Position numbers and translations under genes: made by a program. The notes under the pieces are model-generated. The model had not been told where the DNA came from. It did not search any database and was given only the letters and a program-made list of their open reading frames with translations. DNA of 29,921 bases from a virus. Its lineage: Duplodnaviria; Caudoviricetes. The DNA is taken from positions 1-29,921 of IMG/VR virus record IMGVR_UViG_3300032320_000113. One strand, 5' to 3'. Position 1 is the first letter of the stretch, and each line of letters opens with the position of its first letter. Positions 10,501-18,489 of the stretch are shown in pieces.

Positions 10501-11920
10501 TAGAATAGTAAAAACTGTTGACGGTCTCAATACAATTATTGATTCGTGGACTAATATGTTTGAGATTGCCAGTAGGTCAGCAGCTTATGGGCTATTAAAA
10601 GAACATTACATAAAAACTGAGAAATTAGACGTAGCCGACGCTAGAATGCGTGCTGCCTCTGCAACTAAAAATTTAGCTAACTTTGAGCAAGTTGGTGAAT
10701 ACGGCAAAGGTATGGGCGCACTTTATATGTTTTACAGACCTAGTGCTACAGGTGCGGTGCGTGCATTAGATGCTTTTGCTCCAGCTATGTGGAATAGTAT
10801 GGAAAACGCAGTTAAGAATGCGCCCCAGCATATTAAAAAAGACCCTGTTGCGCTGGAAACTTTTAAGAAAAATTATAGGACTCATCAATTAGCTGCTAGG
10901 CAAATGTCGGCAGCATTATTTGGATTAGGTGTACTTGCCTACACAATGTCTTACATGATGTCTGATGCAGATGATGAAGAACGTAACAAAACTTTAACTG
11001 ATGATATGGGGCAGTGGACTAGATTTGCTAGGTTCCATATTGCAGGTTTTGAAAAGCCATTTCAAATTCCTTGGGGGTTTGGACTTGGCGCATTTGCAGC
11101 TATGGGAGCGCAAATAGCTGGTTGGGTAAATGGTCAACAATCATTTATGTCAGCTCTAAAAAATGGGGCTACGCAGATTGCACTTGACTCGTTTATTCCG
11201 TTGCCTGTGTCCCGCATGAACATTGCAGATAATCCAGCTATGTGGTTTATAGATTCTTTATCTCCTAGCGCAATACGACCTGTTGTAGAATTTGTGGCTA
11301 ATAAAAACGGACTGGGGCAAAGTATTTACAACGACGCTACTGGGCGTCGAATGGGCGACGCATACTTAGGTGGCGACCATGTGCCTGAAACTTATAAAAT
11401 AACTACTAGATTTTTAGCTAATCTTACTAATGGGTATATAGATTGGACTCCTAATACAATGTACTTCTTAGTAAATAGCTATGCTGACGGTCCAGCTAGG
11501 ATGGTAGACCTTACTATCAACAATTACTATTATGCTACAGGCGATAAACAGTTCGATGCTAAAACAAGTGTACCGTTGTTAGGCTCGTTTATTGGTGCTC
11601 CACCGAACGTAGATACAAGAGAGTTCTCTTCGGTTGAAAAGCAAATACAACAAATGAGTGGTACGTTAAATATGTTTAAAGCCGACCCCGTACAATATGC
11701 TAAATATGTAACAGATAACCCGTTTAATACTTCAATTGTTAAACTGTACGACAAAAGTATTGGGGATTTAAATAAATTACGAAGCCAAGATAAAATGATT
11801 AGGATGGCAGATTACACGCCCGGTTTACGCAAAGAATTATTAGATATGAATCGTAAACAACAAAATATGCTTAAGCACAATATGATAGTAATGTTCAAAG
11901 ATTATGGGGTAGAGCCTTAA
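4544..11920 (+). CDS. Large polyvalent internal virion protein (gp16-like position) with HExxH metallopeptidase and LPD38-like C-terminal domain
   Basis: 2458 aa. Gly/Ala-rich hydrophobic helices near the N-terminus; FLHEVVHAGT followed by NIYEFVSYALTDNAFQ (zincin motif typical of polyvalent proteins); C-terminal FQIPWGFGLG...IRPVVEFVANKNGLGQSIY resembles LPD38. TAATG coupling to the upstream gene. Confidence 0.75.
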   Translation: MSPEEWLASQPKKSSAQPLILSPEEWLAKQQPQQQVARPISPEEWLTSKNKPTVAPEPPPEAESFSTLRQIADVPLQAGKGLVQGVRMVADAFGAGSDTSKSLKSAESYVANLMSAQSKEDSKEIARIMKEAEDKGALDQVKAAVKAMTIAPVDFIANALGTAAPAIVTALGATIFGAPALAVTGIGAGVGAVMGAGTVKGSIYDIVKDELSKTKMPPDQIEARAQLAQAYNGQNLDSILTGAAIGTIGATTGAEPAIARQMVKGILSKTAVKEEIKKASEEGLKKAAERGAIKQGAITSGKEFGTEFAQAGQEQLAQNVALQREGFDVPTMRGVVGQATLEGLAGAGLGALAGGREALKAKDVLDQREYLKSEKERLTKEQADKEQKANQVIPPEQDVDALLSSSITPPAEVKSPVPLNADVQSIVDRLQEDFDKRQTEIDDKTHKNIPAATKKNNKLKTTIDAISTGTPLEEAIKNLSEKQIEFFNLGTLPEQTPPKKEEALPPLTKTPAEIALKDPVVMAKDYMASIGDTPGSMPILKNISNKLNLNVPTGPGFVARAKTAIQEHLAQLGEASNVQPTDTTTTGTSAEALGTPGTDVTSTGAAPVDQGGMAVNNIVSTGLEGGESQQPNPLINSLIEEANNSGVTVDPNDTFESLQLKINQQKAATDFNAAGSDLLNILGNLTGAKVNFTPDEEVQLMPTLVKLFDAAAKLGYYRLEEAIKYVKDYLFKNAGQQQANKFEQEFLQRAYAEFRNTKERRGVQRPVTEEQRNQQRAELERSIQENDAQQQAALLQDFEKAEARETEYQEVLAEDLNEPLKRIDVGYSKGNVAPEIVEEYEAAREEFNANLDPDKRIREWSRLNADQKELYLNYIGRNTIEEHDKAIQALYDYNQSSIASQLELDPKQRRIVNNYNRLTKYYGDKFKIDFPNWLSLSPESQQIYLNKVTNNQPTVQQEGFEAIANQLELEGKGIRGLDKADIEGLKLRQTNEATQIASQERIVQEKAAEESAQGKGEPLSAQMIKELKDGNINYVLGLLSSQAKGLINLRLAKGDKTYRQGYSYFVGLRKRAAELTFKLLASNLNQIEYNSKVVTDPNDEVIQRLEREGKLAEYDPKTNTFYFTEKGFDESTFLHEVVHAGTVKLISTFLDDPMNTKGQLLPHQHQALRHLADIYQFAKKRLGNKYKNAFENIYEFVSYALTDNAFQIELSNIQSRNLANYTRRAIKDLWGNLTTAFSKLFGLYDPKQDSIKLPTEIYQQLAKEWSAIDPNSLYKNIQKAETVGDLAEALNMEDMETLEVGPAVSGKETKIATKTQKTVKQADRFLTSIPGYEGNLLLEISEIFNDILEAPEVGTNVAPLAAKAQPKGKSKKARPYKDITDVYGDNPSFDPPEGLQKKGITSIISDMFSYQGIQKTVTRFQNDRRALRNEERSNILSGKNRDSGPDVNNINLQVTIAPSKSVIKFGTRVQKTYEALQQAMVALAKTNDIINTTKRVNEERKIKGERQLTPVEFMQGVLHIYGQAFTDAERRLNLFVQTAPLSKDKNISINGKTISAADLRELILGNPVTKNAGILDNPNLSEAQARQLWERLEQYVFIIDAKGNKIPNPQYVVVGGYSPNGNTAIDFRDAAGTTQYNATGFTYEETARFLAAYEKDVNKPLLDTIFKATWDLNAVALELNKESYYVSKPAANWIAAYGYKNYVPLKGFAEQNVFQSKNNLNFNGQKLEKELSETAIKSEGRFTVSKNPVIQSMSEAMIAATRAGRGPDYTLAIKNSVGKSPKKIDGKKVDLNPNGQSLINGAVIEHIPFNERSYDTIKEVRKQNTVLHHNEDGSIDVIEINDPAILLAIRRPYKERNQFVEYANRITSGLGQVHTRYNINFGPLNFVRDALTNAWTIGAEIGPAKGAELIMQVAYQVTSKNSLTKAWKVARAYKTPEFEKFKNSNDPVIRNMYELIKEGGMVEYMSGISLRSNLEKLDQELTKSKSRIVKTVDGLNTIIDSWTNMFEIASRSAAYGLLKEHYIKTEKLDVADARMRAASATKNLANFEQVGEYGKGMGALYMFYRPSATGAVRALDAFAPAMWNSMENAVKNAPQHIKKDPVALETFKKNYRTHQLAARQMSAALFGLGVLAYTMSYMMSDADDEERNKTLTDDMGQWTRFARFHIAGFEKPFQIPWGFGLGAFAAMGAQIAGWVNGQQSFMSALKNGATQIALDSFIPLPVSRMNIADNPAMWFIDSLSPSAIRPVVEFVANKNGLGQSIYNDATGRRMGDAYLGGDHVPETYKITTRFLANLTNGYIDWTPNTMYFLVNSYADGPARMVDLTINNYYYATGDKQFDAKTSVPLLGSFIGAPPNVDTREFSSVEKQIQQMSGTLNMFKADPVQYAKYVTDNPFNTSIVKLYDKSIGDLNKLRSQDKMIRMADYTPGLRKELLDMNRKQQNMLKHNMIVMFKDYGVEP
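6273..6446 (+). CDS. Putative overprinted 57-aa protein in the +1 frame of the giant gene
   Basis: GGAGG at 6262-6266, 6 nt before ATG. Translates as MFNQLTLQQLELALKHLEHPEQTLPPQELPLLTKEEWLSIILLAQDLKVEKANSLIH*. The host frame is a low-complexity T/G/P linker over the same interval. Confidence 0.6.
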   Translation: MFNQLTLQQLELALKHLEHPEQTLPPQELPLLTKEEWLSIILLAQDLKVEKANSLIH

Positions 11921-12126
11921 CCGACACGCCAGCATCTAACCCCAATGCAGTTATTTTTTGTAGCTACATAAGTCTTCACTCTTACCTTTGCACGTTTAGC
12001 CCCGCAGTCTATTGAGTAAATTAACTCAGCGGGGCGCAAGGTAGGGATAAAAAAGCTATCCCCTATCCCCATGCCCTCAAACGGCAGTAACCACTCTGGC
12101 TCAAGTACTTGTGTTGGATTCAACAT
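11917..12126 (-). CDS. Small conserved phage protein (PF..M..GDSFFIP...GVRxWR family)
   Basis: 69 aa with LPFEGMGIGDSFFIP and GVRCWRV motifs recurrent in phage replication modules; overlaps the end of the primase gene. Confidence 0.7.
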   Translation of the reverse strand: MLNPTQVLEPEWLLPFEGMGIGDSFFIPTLRPAELIYSIDCGAKRAKVRVKTYVATKNNCIGVRCWRVG

Positions 12127-14935
12127 TTAAGAAGTCATTTTGAATTATATACACATATGATGCTTGAGAATTTGTAGTTGGTTTCCAACCTGTTTCAAGG
12201 TGCTTCCTATCTACTTTAATCAGAACCTTCTGCTCTTTTAAAACTTTCTCAAACTCTCTTATATTAATATTTTTCTTACTCAAATAGTCTTTAACCGCCT
12301 CTTTAGAAATTCTAGTTGGCTCATCTGTTGCTACCCTTCCTACTAATCTACCTTTAGGCTCGTCAGTCACCTTACCTTCTTTGATGCGTAGAAAATTACC
12401 CATGTTCTCGTATATGAAATCATTAAGTACGGCGGCATAATCTGTAGCATTAATCTTAGATACATTAGCTTTCATATAGTTCAATGTATCAATAGTTTTG
12501 GCATAAATATGTTCTAAGTCATAATCTAGAATCCCTGCGTCAACTAATATTTCGCCAGCAACAAATGAAACTGCTACAAAATTCTGGTAGTAACGATAAG
12601 CTGAGTCTCCATTAGTATCTCTTAGATAACGCTCACCCCACTTTTTAATCCTAGCCTGTACTTCTTCGTTAGATAATTTAAAAAGCTCATGGATGAACAT
12701 TGGTCCAGCGTGACCGTAGTTATATCTAAATGTATCAAATATCTGTCTACCTAATATAGCCCCTTCCGGTCCTTTTAAAGCGTCTGGTTGTACAACATCT
12801 AGTTCAGCATATCTAGCCCGTTCACCTGCTGGGGTATTTTTATATCTCTCCATCTTATCGTCAATAGAGTCGTTGGTTGTAAATATAGCCAACAATGATG
12901 CGTTAAGCGTGTGTTCTCTTTCCGCATTAACCGATGCTTGCAATCTAATTTTTGCGGAGCCTTGGGATATCTTGTGTATTAAATCAGATAAAACTTTAGG
13001 CTCTTTGTTACCTACTTCATCTAAACCAAACATTAAACTTCTAAGGTTTACGAATCGCTGAGTTAAAGCATTTTCTGTACTGTCATAAATACATAGTTCT
13101 TTAGGAGCGCCAAATGCGCTGACTGCCGCATACATTGCTCCTGTCTTACCGCAACCTGAACCACCAAGCAAACCTAGTGTAAACCCGCCTTGGTTAATGT
13201 ATTCCATAAGCGTCGTACCAAACCCTGCTAAACATACTAGCGCATGAATCTCAAACTGAGGTCTAGTTAGTTCATGAGCCGCTTCACGCCATTTCTCATA
13301 AGTACCAAAAGGTTTTAGATACTTGGATATTTGTTTAATGTAAGGGGAGACAGCTGCGTCTTGAACTTCTGTTGATGAAATTATTTCAGTAGTGCCAATA
13401 ACAAAAGTTCTTTGTTCCCACTCCTCACTATTGCATGAAGCTGACCAACCAAACTGCGTGCGCATAATATCTGCTTTTATTTTATTTACCATATATTGGT
13501 CCCATTTTATAAAATAACTTTGTAATTCTTGAAAGTGTTTTGTTTCAAAAATTACTTGGTTTGTTGATAGATACTTCTTTAAATCCTCACTAGAGTAGAC
13601 TACCCGCATAGGCAATAAAAATTCCTTATCACCGTCATGTGGCAAGTGCAATCTCATAATCATACATTCACCGTCTAAATTACTAAACAAGCGTCGTATA
13701 GGGTACAAGTCATGAGCAAGAATAAGATGAGGGTCTTGCTGGACGAATTTTTTACCGTCTTTTGTTGGGGGCGGTTGATACATAATCCCACCATTTTCCC
13801 CACGATAATAAGGCTTTATAAAGTCCGGAAACTTTGGTATTTTTTTGGTATTCGATACCTCCCGAATTGATTCCGGCGAATCAAACGTCGCTCCTTCGGT
13901 GGACTCGTTGATAACTTTTCCAAGAGAGATGGGGCTAACAATTCTTCCTTGATGCTTACATCCTTTGCATCGGTCTGGGTAGTTTGAGTTAAACCATTCG
14001 CAGGTGCGAGGAGCAGGAATGCGATTTGCTTTTTCTTCTGTATCTTCATATTTATAGCCGGAGTGGTCTTCTGATAATAGGTGTATTGCTTCTTTACCAT
14101 CTTCGCAATACTTAGCGATTGATAGTCCAGCGAACCATAGTGGTTCTTCTAAGGTGGCTGAGTTTTCTAAAATGTATTTAACTTGCTCGCAACCGTCACC
14201 ATCCAATGAACGCTCTGCAATCTTTTGAAAGTTCTTTTCAAAGTTGTCCATCTTCTTCATCGCAAGAGTATCTTCGTCTAAGCCCTTTTTAACTTTTGCA
14301 AATACATCGTTAGAAGCTGTGGGCCCATCGTTTTGTGTCCCTAAGAACTCTTTAAACTCATCAAAGTCATAGACTTCCATTACTGTGCTAATTAAAGACG
14401 TAGCTATAGGTGGGTCATATTTATGATTAAATGTATCGGGGCAACGTAAAATCCTAGAAATATCAGCTGTTACAGTCGGGTCAATATTAATATGCTTAAG
14501 GCATAGGGCTTTAAATTGCTCAGCGCAAGGCTTCCATTCATCTTTGGGGATATCCCTATCCATAAACCAATAGGCGTGAATGCCACCTCCCGAATCTACT
14601 ACAACAGGCTCCGGTAGTCCAGTCTCGCTAATTAATTTATAAAGCGCTACATGGGCATCTTCTTTGGTTTGGTATGACTTACTGTCGCCAACATCAATAT
14701 CAATAAAGAATGAACGAAGAAACAAAGCGTTATCTGCTTTCCTACTCCATCCATCAAAGGTTGCTAATGCAAAAAACGTGTTTTGGTTGTTACTTTTGTA
14801 CTTATCTATAAGTCTAAGTACATCGTCAAGCGTTTCCGCAAACTTATTGACCGCCTTTCCGGTGGTTGGGTCAATGCCTGTTGCACAGTAAACGCCTTGG
14901 CTGGGTAATGCTTTCTCGTAGAATTGTTTTATCAT
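12101..14935 (-). CDS. Primase-helicase: AEP/RepB-like primase, Cys-rich linker domain, DUF927-type helicase
   Basis: Primase motifs FFIDIDVG, SGGGIHAYW, DISRILRCPDTFNHK; Walker A GGSGCGKT; Walker B FGLDEVG; QFGW motif typical of DUF927. Confidence 0.85.
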   Translation of the reverse strand: MIKQFYEKALPSQGVYCATGIDPTTGKAVNKFAETLDDVLRLIDKYKSNNQNTFFALATFDGWSRKADNALFLRSFFIDIDVGDSKSYQTKEDAHVALYKLISETGLPEPVVVDSGGGIHAYWFMDRDIPKDEWKPCAEQFKALCLKHINIDPTVTADISRILRCPDTFNHKYDPPIATSLISTVMEVYDFDEFKEFLGTQNDGPTASNDVFAKVKKGLDEDTLAMKKMDNFEKNFQKIAERSLDGDGCEQVKYILENSATLEEPLWFAGLSIAKYCEDGKEAIHLLSEDHSGYKYEDTEEKANRIPAPRTCEWFNSNYPDRCKGCKHQGRIVSPISLGKVINESTEGATFDSPESIREVSNTKKIPKFPDFIKPYYRGENGGIMYQPPPTKDGKKFVQQDPHLILAHDLYPIRRLFSNLDGECMIMRLHLPHDGDKEFLLPMRVVYSSEDLKKYLSTNQVIFETKHFQELQSYFIKWDQYMVNKIKADIMRTQFGWSASCNSEEWEQRTFVIGTTEIISSTEVQDAAVSPYIKQISKYLKPFGTYEKWREAAHELTRPQFEIHALVCLAGFGTTLMEYINQGGFTLGLLGGSGCGKTGAMYAAVSAFGAPKELCIYDSTENALTQRFVNLRSLMFGLDEVGNKEPKVLSDLIHKISQGSAKIRLQASVNAEREHTLNASLLAIFTTNDSIDDKMERYKNTPAGERARYAELDVVQPDALKGPEGAILGRQIFDTFRYNYGHAGPMFIHELFKLSNEEVQARIKKWGERYLRDTNGDSAYRYYQNFVAVSFVAGEILVDAGILDYDLEHIYAKTIDTLNYMKANVSKINATDYAAVLNDFIYENMGNFLRIKEGKVTDEPKGRLVGRVATDEPTRISKEAVKDYLSKKNINIREFEKVLKEQKVLIKVDRKHLETGWKPTTNSQASYVYIIQNDFLNVESNTST

Positions 14936-14948
14936 AGCCGTAGGGTTT

Positions 14949-14970
14949 AAAAAAGCGGATTTCTCCGCTT
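14949..14970 (-). terminator. Rho-independent terminator-like hairpin immediately upstream of the primase gene
   Basis: Minus strand AAGCGGA-GAAA-TCCGCTT-TTTT: 7-bp stem, GNRA loop, U tract. Confidence 0.7.
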
Positions 14971-14983
14971 GGTTTTATGGGTA

Positions 14984-15057
14984 GGGTACTTGTTTTATCT
15001 ATGTAAGCCGCATTAAGTAGCATCAATAAATTGTTAACATAGCGTCAGCTTTCCCCC
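14984..15057 (-). ncRNA. Candidate structured RNA with loop-E (GAA/AGUA) motif
   Basis: Minus strand GGG-GAA...AGUA-CCC enclosing a CUAUGU/ACAUAG stem; fills most of a 127-nt intergenic gap in an otherwise tightly packed operon. Confidence 0.4.
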
Positions 15058-15062
15058 GTTGA

Positions 15063-15320
15063 TTAAATACCGTAGCTTTTAGGTATAAACTCTTCCCAAT
15101 AACCCGCATACTTAATTTGGTGCTTAGGGTTTATGGCATCTTTAGGTCTATGATAAAAAACTCTACTACCAAAATCACCTTCTTCTAAAAAAGCATTAGG
15201 GTTCTCTAAATAAATTTGTTCAATTGCTTTATCTAATTCTGGATTTTCATGCCCAAATAATGGGTGGTTTGGTAATCTACCAAATGCTTTTAGTTTTGCT
15301 TTTTGTGCGGGTGTAAACAT
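15063..15320 (-). CDS. Hypothetical protein
   Basis: 85-aa ORF, AAGGA SD upstream, co-oriented with neighbours. Confidence 0.7.
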   Translation of the reverse strand: MFTPAQKAKLKAFGRLPNHPLFGHENPELDKAIEQIYLENPNAFLEEGDFGSRVFYHRPKDAINPKHQIKYAGYWEEFIPKSYGI

Positions 15321-15332
15321 AATTTTTCCTTA

Positions 15333-15644
15333 TTAAATTTTTCTACCAATCATTTCTTCAATATATGCTTTAGCTTCTGAGGGATGCTTGGCGGGTAAGT
15401 ATCCTTTTGCCATATCACTTTCCACCAAGTCCGTAAAAACTTCAACAAGTTTCCTATTTTTTTCTCGGATAGGACTGCCACGAAACCAGTTATGAATCGT
15501 CATACGAGTAACCTTCAGTGCCACAGCGACATACTTGGCTGGCAAGTTAGCCCTAATGCAAGCTTTTGCAAGGCAAGTAGTGTCGTAGTACGGGTTAAAC
15601 GTATTAACTAAATCGACGAGTTCTTTACTGTAAATCCGTGGCAT
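15333..15644 (-). CDS. Cro/XRE-like helix-turn-helix protein
   Basis: PAKYVAVALKVTRMTIHNWFRG fits the HTH pattern. Confidence 0.75.
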   Translation of the reverse strand: MPRIYSKELVDLVNTFNPYYDTTCLAKACIRANLPAKYVAVALKVTRMTIHNWFRGSPIREKNRKLVEVFTDLVESDMAKGYLPAKHPSEAKAYIEEMIGRKI

Positions 15645-15650
15645 ATCTTA

Positions 15651-16493
15651 TTACCCTTTTTTAGACCATTTTTTAACTACATCAGCTACATCAGCCGTCT
15701 TATCACCAGCCGCAGGTTTATCAGACTCCCGTTTTACTGGTTCAGCTACTTCGGGTTGGCTTACTTCTATTGCCGCACTTGATTCATCTAACTGATAAAC
15801 ATTTAATTTAACTGCCGATTCAGCCGCTGGACTCTTAGCTTGACGAGCAATTGTATCTAAATCTTCATCAGGTACTGGGCCTACTGGAGAGAACAATACT
15901 TTAGGGACTGGAGATTTTGTATCAAACGCCATCCTTGTAATTACTCTACCAGCTGACACATTGTTAGATGCTAAATACTGGATATAAGGACGGAACGGAT
16001 ATCTACCGCCATCTTCTTTTCCAAACGCTGATGTTGCTGGCAACACCAACTGCATGACATCTCCCGCTGGGTCATTAGGTAATACAACTGCCGTTCTCCA
16101 TGATAATTTGCACTTTGTACCCATGCCATTATCACCTGAACCCTTAACACTATTTGGGCATTCACTGCAAGTTTTTGATACTGGAGTTTTTACTTCCGCA
16201 TCAGGAGTTTCTGAATCAGTAGCCCAACAAGTTGGAGAAACCTTTTCGCCCTCTTTATAACCCGATGAGTAAAACATACGAGAAGCTTTATGCGCCATTT
16301 TAACAAAAATAACATTCATAAAACGGTCTTCAATAGACCCAATCTCTTTACCGCCAGTGTACTTACGAAACACGCTACCCTTAATAGATATACGTTTGCT
16401 ACCCTGACGATTACCACCAGCAACTGCTAATGTGTCTTCGTCTAATCCACCTATTGCCGCTAATGCGCTTAAATTCATTATTTCTGTACTCAT
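15651..16493 (-). CDS. Putative single-stranded DNA-binding/annealing protein with Cys cluster
   Basis: 280 aa, beta-rich, with CWATD...TCSECPNS...KCK and a flexible tail; lies between helicase and primase; SD AAGGA. Confidence 0.55.
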   Translation of the reverse strand: MSTEIMNLSALAAIGGLDEDTLAVAGGNRQGSKRISIKGSVFRKYTGGKEIGSIEDRFMNVIFVKMAHKASRMFYSSGYKEGEKVSPTCWATDSETPDAEVKTPVSKTCSECPNSVKGSGDNGMGTKCKLSWRTAVVLPNDPAGDVMQLVLPATSAFGKEDGGRYPFRPYIQYLASNNVSAGRVITRMAFDTKSPVPKVLFSPVGPVPDEDLDTIARQAKSPAAESAVKLNVYQLDESSAAIEVSQPEVAEPVKRESDKPAAGDKTADVADVVKKWSKKG

Positions 16494-16522
16494 GATTCTA
16501 TCCTTTATTTAACTATATTTAA

Positions 16523-16930
16523 CTAATCTGAGGTCGGTTTATAAACTACAATCGTAAACTCCCTCATTACATTCACACCGGGAGGCAGACCATCTCCTTG
16601 CCTCTCAGCGATGAATTGCTTAAAATTGCCTTGGCTAATTCGTGCCTCAAACAACTCAGGCGCATTATTCTCCATGACAAACTTCCTAAAACTATCTCCG
16701 TCAGAGACGGTGTACCGCTCATTCAACTTCTTAACTACTCTTCCTTCTTGCGTCTTGATACTTGTTGCGTTTGTTTCATTGCATACTACAAGCATTTGCT
16801 GGCTTAAAGAGGTAAGGTCATTTTCAAGCTCCCGATCCTTAGCTTTCCACTCTGCCATCATTCTTTCACGTTCACTTCTAATTGTCAAGTATATTTTTAC
16901 TAATTCATCTAAATTTAAATTATCGCTCAT
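16523..16930 (-). CDS. Coiled-coil phage protein (Gam/Gp157-like architecture)
   Basis: 135 aa, long N-terminal coiled coil followed by SIKTQEG beta-hairpin; ATGA overlap with the helicase. Confidence 0.6.
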   Translation of the reverse strand: MSDNLNLDELVKIYLTIRSERERMMAEWKAKDRELENDLTSLSQQMLVVCNETNATSIKTQEGRVVKKLNERYTVSDGDSFRKFVMENNAPELFEARISQGNFKQFIAERQGDGLPPGVNVMREFTIVVYKPTSD

Positions 16931-18489
16931 TTTATTCCTAATTCTTCTCTATATAAATCGACTAGTTTTTCATGGTTATCTACCTTGTTTTGTAGCATTT
17001 GGTACATCTTCCGCTCAACCTCAGAGCCTTGTAAATGAACGACAGTCATGCTATTCACTTGCCCAACTCTGTCAATACGGGCTATACATTGTAGATAGGT
17101 CTCAACACTCATTACCGGAGACCAAAACACCACAGTATCAGCGGCTGTTAAGGTAACTCCATGCGATGCAGATTGAGGCTGAATAACTAGAACCCTTGGT
17201 GCGTTTTGTGTTTGGAAACGGTTAATAATATCTGCCCTTTCCCGTGCTGGTACATCGCCATTAATTATTTCATTGGTTACTCCTTCCGTTGTTAAATGTT
17301 GTGAAACTAACTGTATAGTGTGCCTATACGGCACAAAAATAATTACCTTATGAATTGTCTCGCCCATCACTTCCATCAATGCTGATAGTCTAGGACTTAT
17401 ATCAAACTCTATTACCTCACGGGTATCTGAATAGACTGCGCCGCCTGATATTTGAAGTAGTTTAGTTAACATAGCTGCGGCATTTACGGCGCTAATATTC
17501 TCGCCAGCAGTTTGAATTAACATTTCGTTCTTTATTAGGTTGTAATACTTAGTAACTTGAACGCTTAGTGGGACTATCCTAGTTTGATATACAAGCGGAG
17601 GTAAGTCTAAGCACTGTGCTTTTTCAAATCGTATAGCGGGTTGCAATGCATCATATACATCTTGCCTTGAACTTGCCTTCGGAACCCATTTAAACCTAGT
17701 TAGCTGATGCATTACCTTATCTCGCCAAGCCGTAGCATACTTAGGAACATTAGCTGGGGCGACGAGCCTTGCAAGCCCGTAAGCATCAATTGGTGACTGA
17801 GATGCGGGTGTACCTGTTAGCATCCAAAGTTTTTTAGATGGAGTCATTAGTTTAGCTAAGGTCTTCCAGCGCTTAGTTGATATAGTTTTATAAGCGTTAG
17901 CCTCATCTACTACAATCAAATCGAAGTCTGCATTGGCAATCTCATCCTTGACAATATTTACACCGTCGTAATTTATAATTACAAAATCATAGACGCCGTT
18001 GATAATCTTCTTGCGCTTAGCAACATCTCCGTAAGCTACCCCTACAGTACGGTGCATGGCTGTTTTAAATATGTCTGCTTGCCACGCTGAATACATAATA
18101 GATAGAGGGCAGACAATAAGCACACGCTTTATTAATCCTTGGCTTATTAAATAATCTGCCGCCCATATTACAGAAGATGTTTTGCCTGTACCAGCCTCAT
18201 TAAAGCAGAACGCTCTGTCTTGCAAAGATAAGAATGATGAAGTTATTTTCTGATGCTTGAACGGTGTGTACATTCCGGGCCAAGCGTAATCTTTTATAAT
18301 CGGTGAAGGAACTTCTGCATCATAAACTTTTACTAGGTGTTGCATTTCTTTAATACCCCAGTAAACCATTACGTCTGCGTAATGTCCGTTGTCCGATAGT
18401 ACTTCGCTTTTTTCTATGTAATTTGTTATGTGCGGTACAAGCTCAGATTTAATGCTAAATCTAACCGCTGTTTCTTCCACTATCTGCAT
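16927..18489 (-). CDS. SNF2-family (SF2) helicase
   Basis: EAGTGKT, VCPLS, IINYD, VVDEAN, LTGTP, HGVTLTAA, QCIARIDRVGQ motifs. Confidence 0.93.
   Translation of the reverse strand: MQIVEETAVRFSIKSELVPHITNYIEKSEVLSDNGHYADVMVYWGIKEMQHLVKVYDAEVPSPIIKDYAWPGMYTPFKHQKITSSFLSLQDRAFCFNEAGTGKTSSVIWAADYLISQGLIKRVLIVCPLSIMYSAWQADIFKTAMHRTVGVAYGDVAKRKKIINGVYDFVIINYDGVNIVKDEIANADFDLIVVDEANAYKTISTKRWKTLAKLMTPSKKLWMLTGTPASQSPIDAYGLARLVAPANVPKYATAWRDKVMHQLTRFKWVPKASSRQDVYDALQPAIRFEKAQCLDLPPLVYQTRIVPLSVQVTKYYNLIKNEMLIQTAGENISAVNAAAMLTKLLQISGGAVYSDTREVIEFDISPRLSALMEVMGETIHKVIIFVPYRHTIQLVSQHLTTEGVTNEIINGDVPARERADIINRFQTQNAPRVLVIQPQSASHGVTLTAADTVVFWSPVMSVETYLQCIARIDRVGQVNSMTVVHLQGSEVERKMYQMLQNKVDNHEKLVDLYREELGIK

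Noticed and set aside
318-11754. Minus-strand ORFs within the virion module (318-572, 794-1072, 4891-5187, 6277-6621, 8803-9009, 9151-9357, 10339-10530, 11530-11754)
   Set aside because: Antisense shadows of long + genes, with no recognisable SD or motifs.
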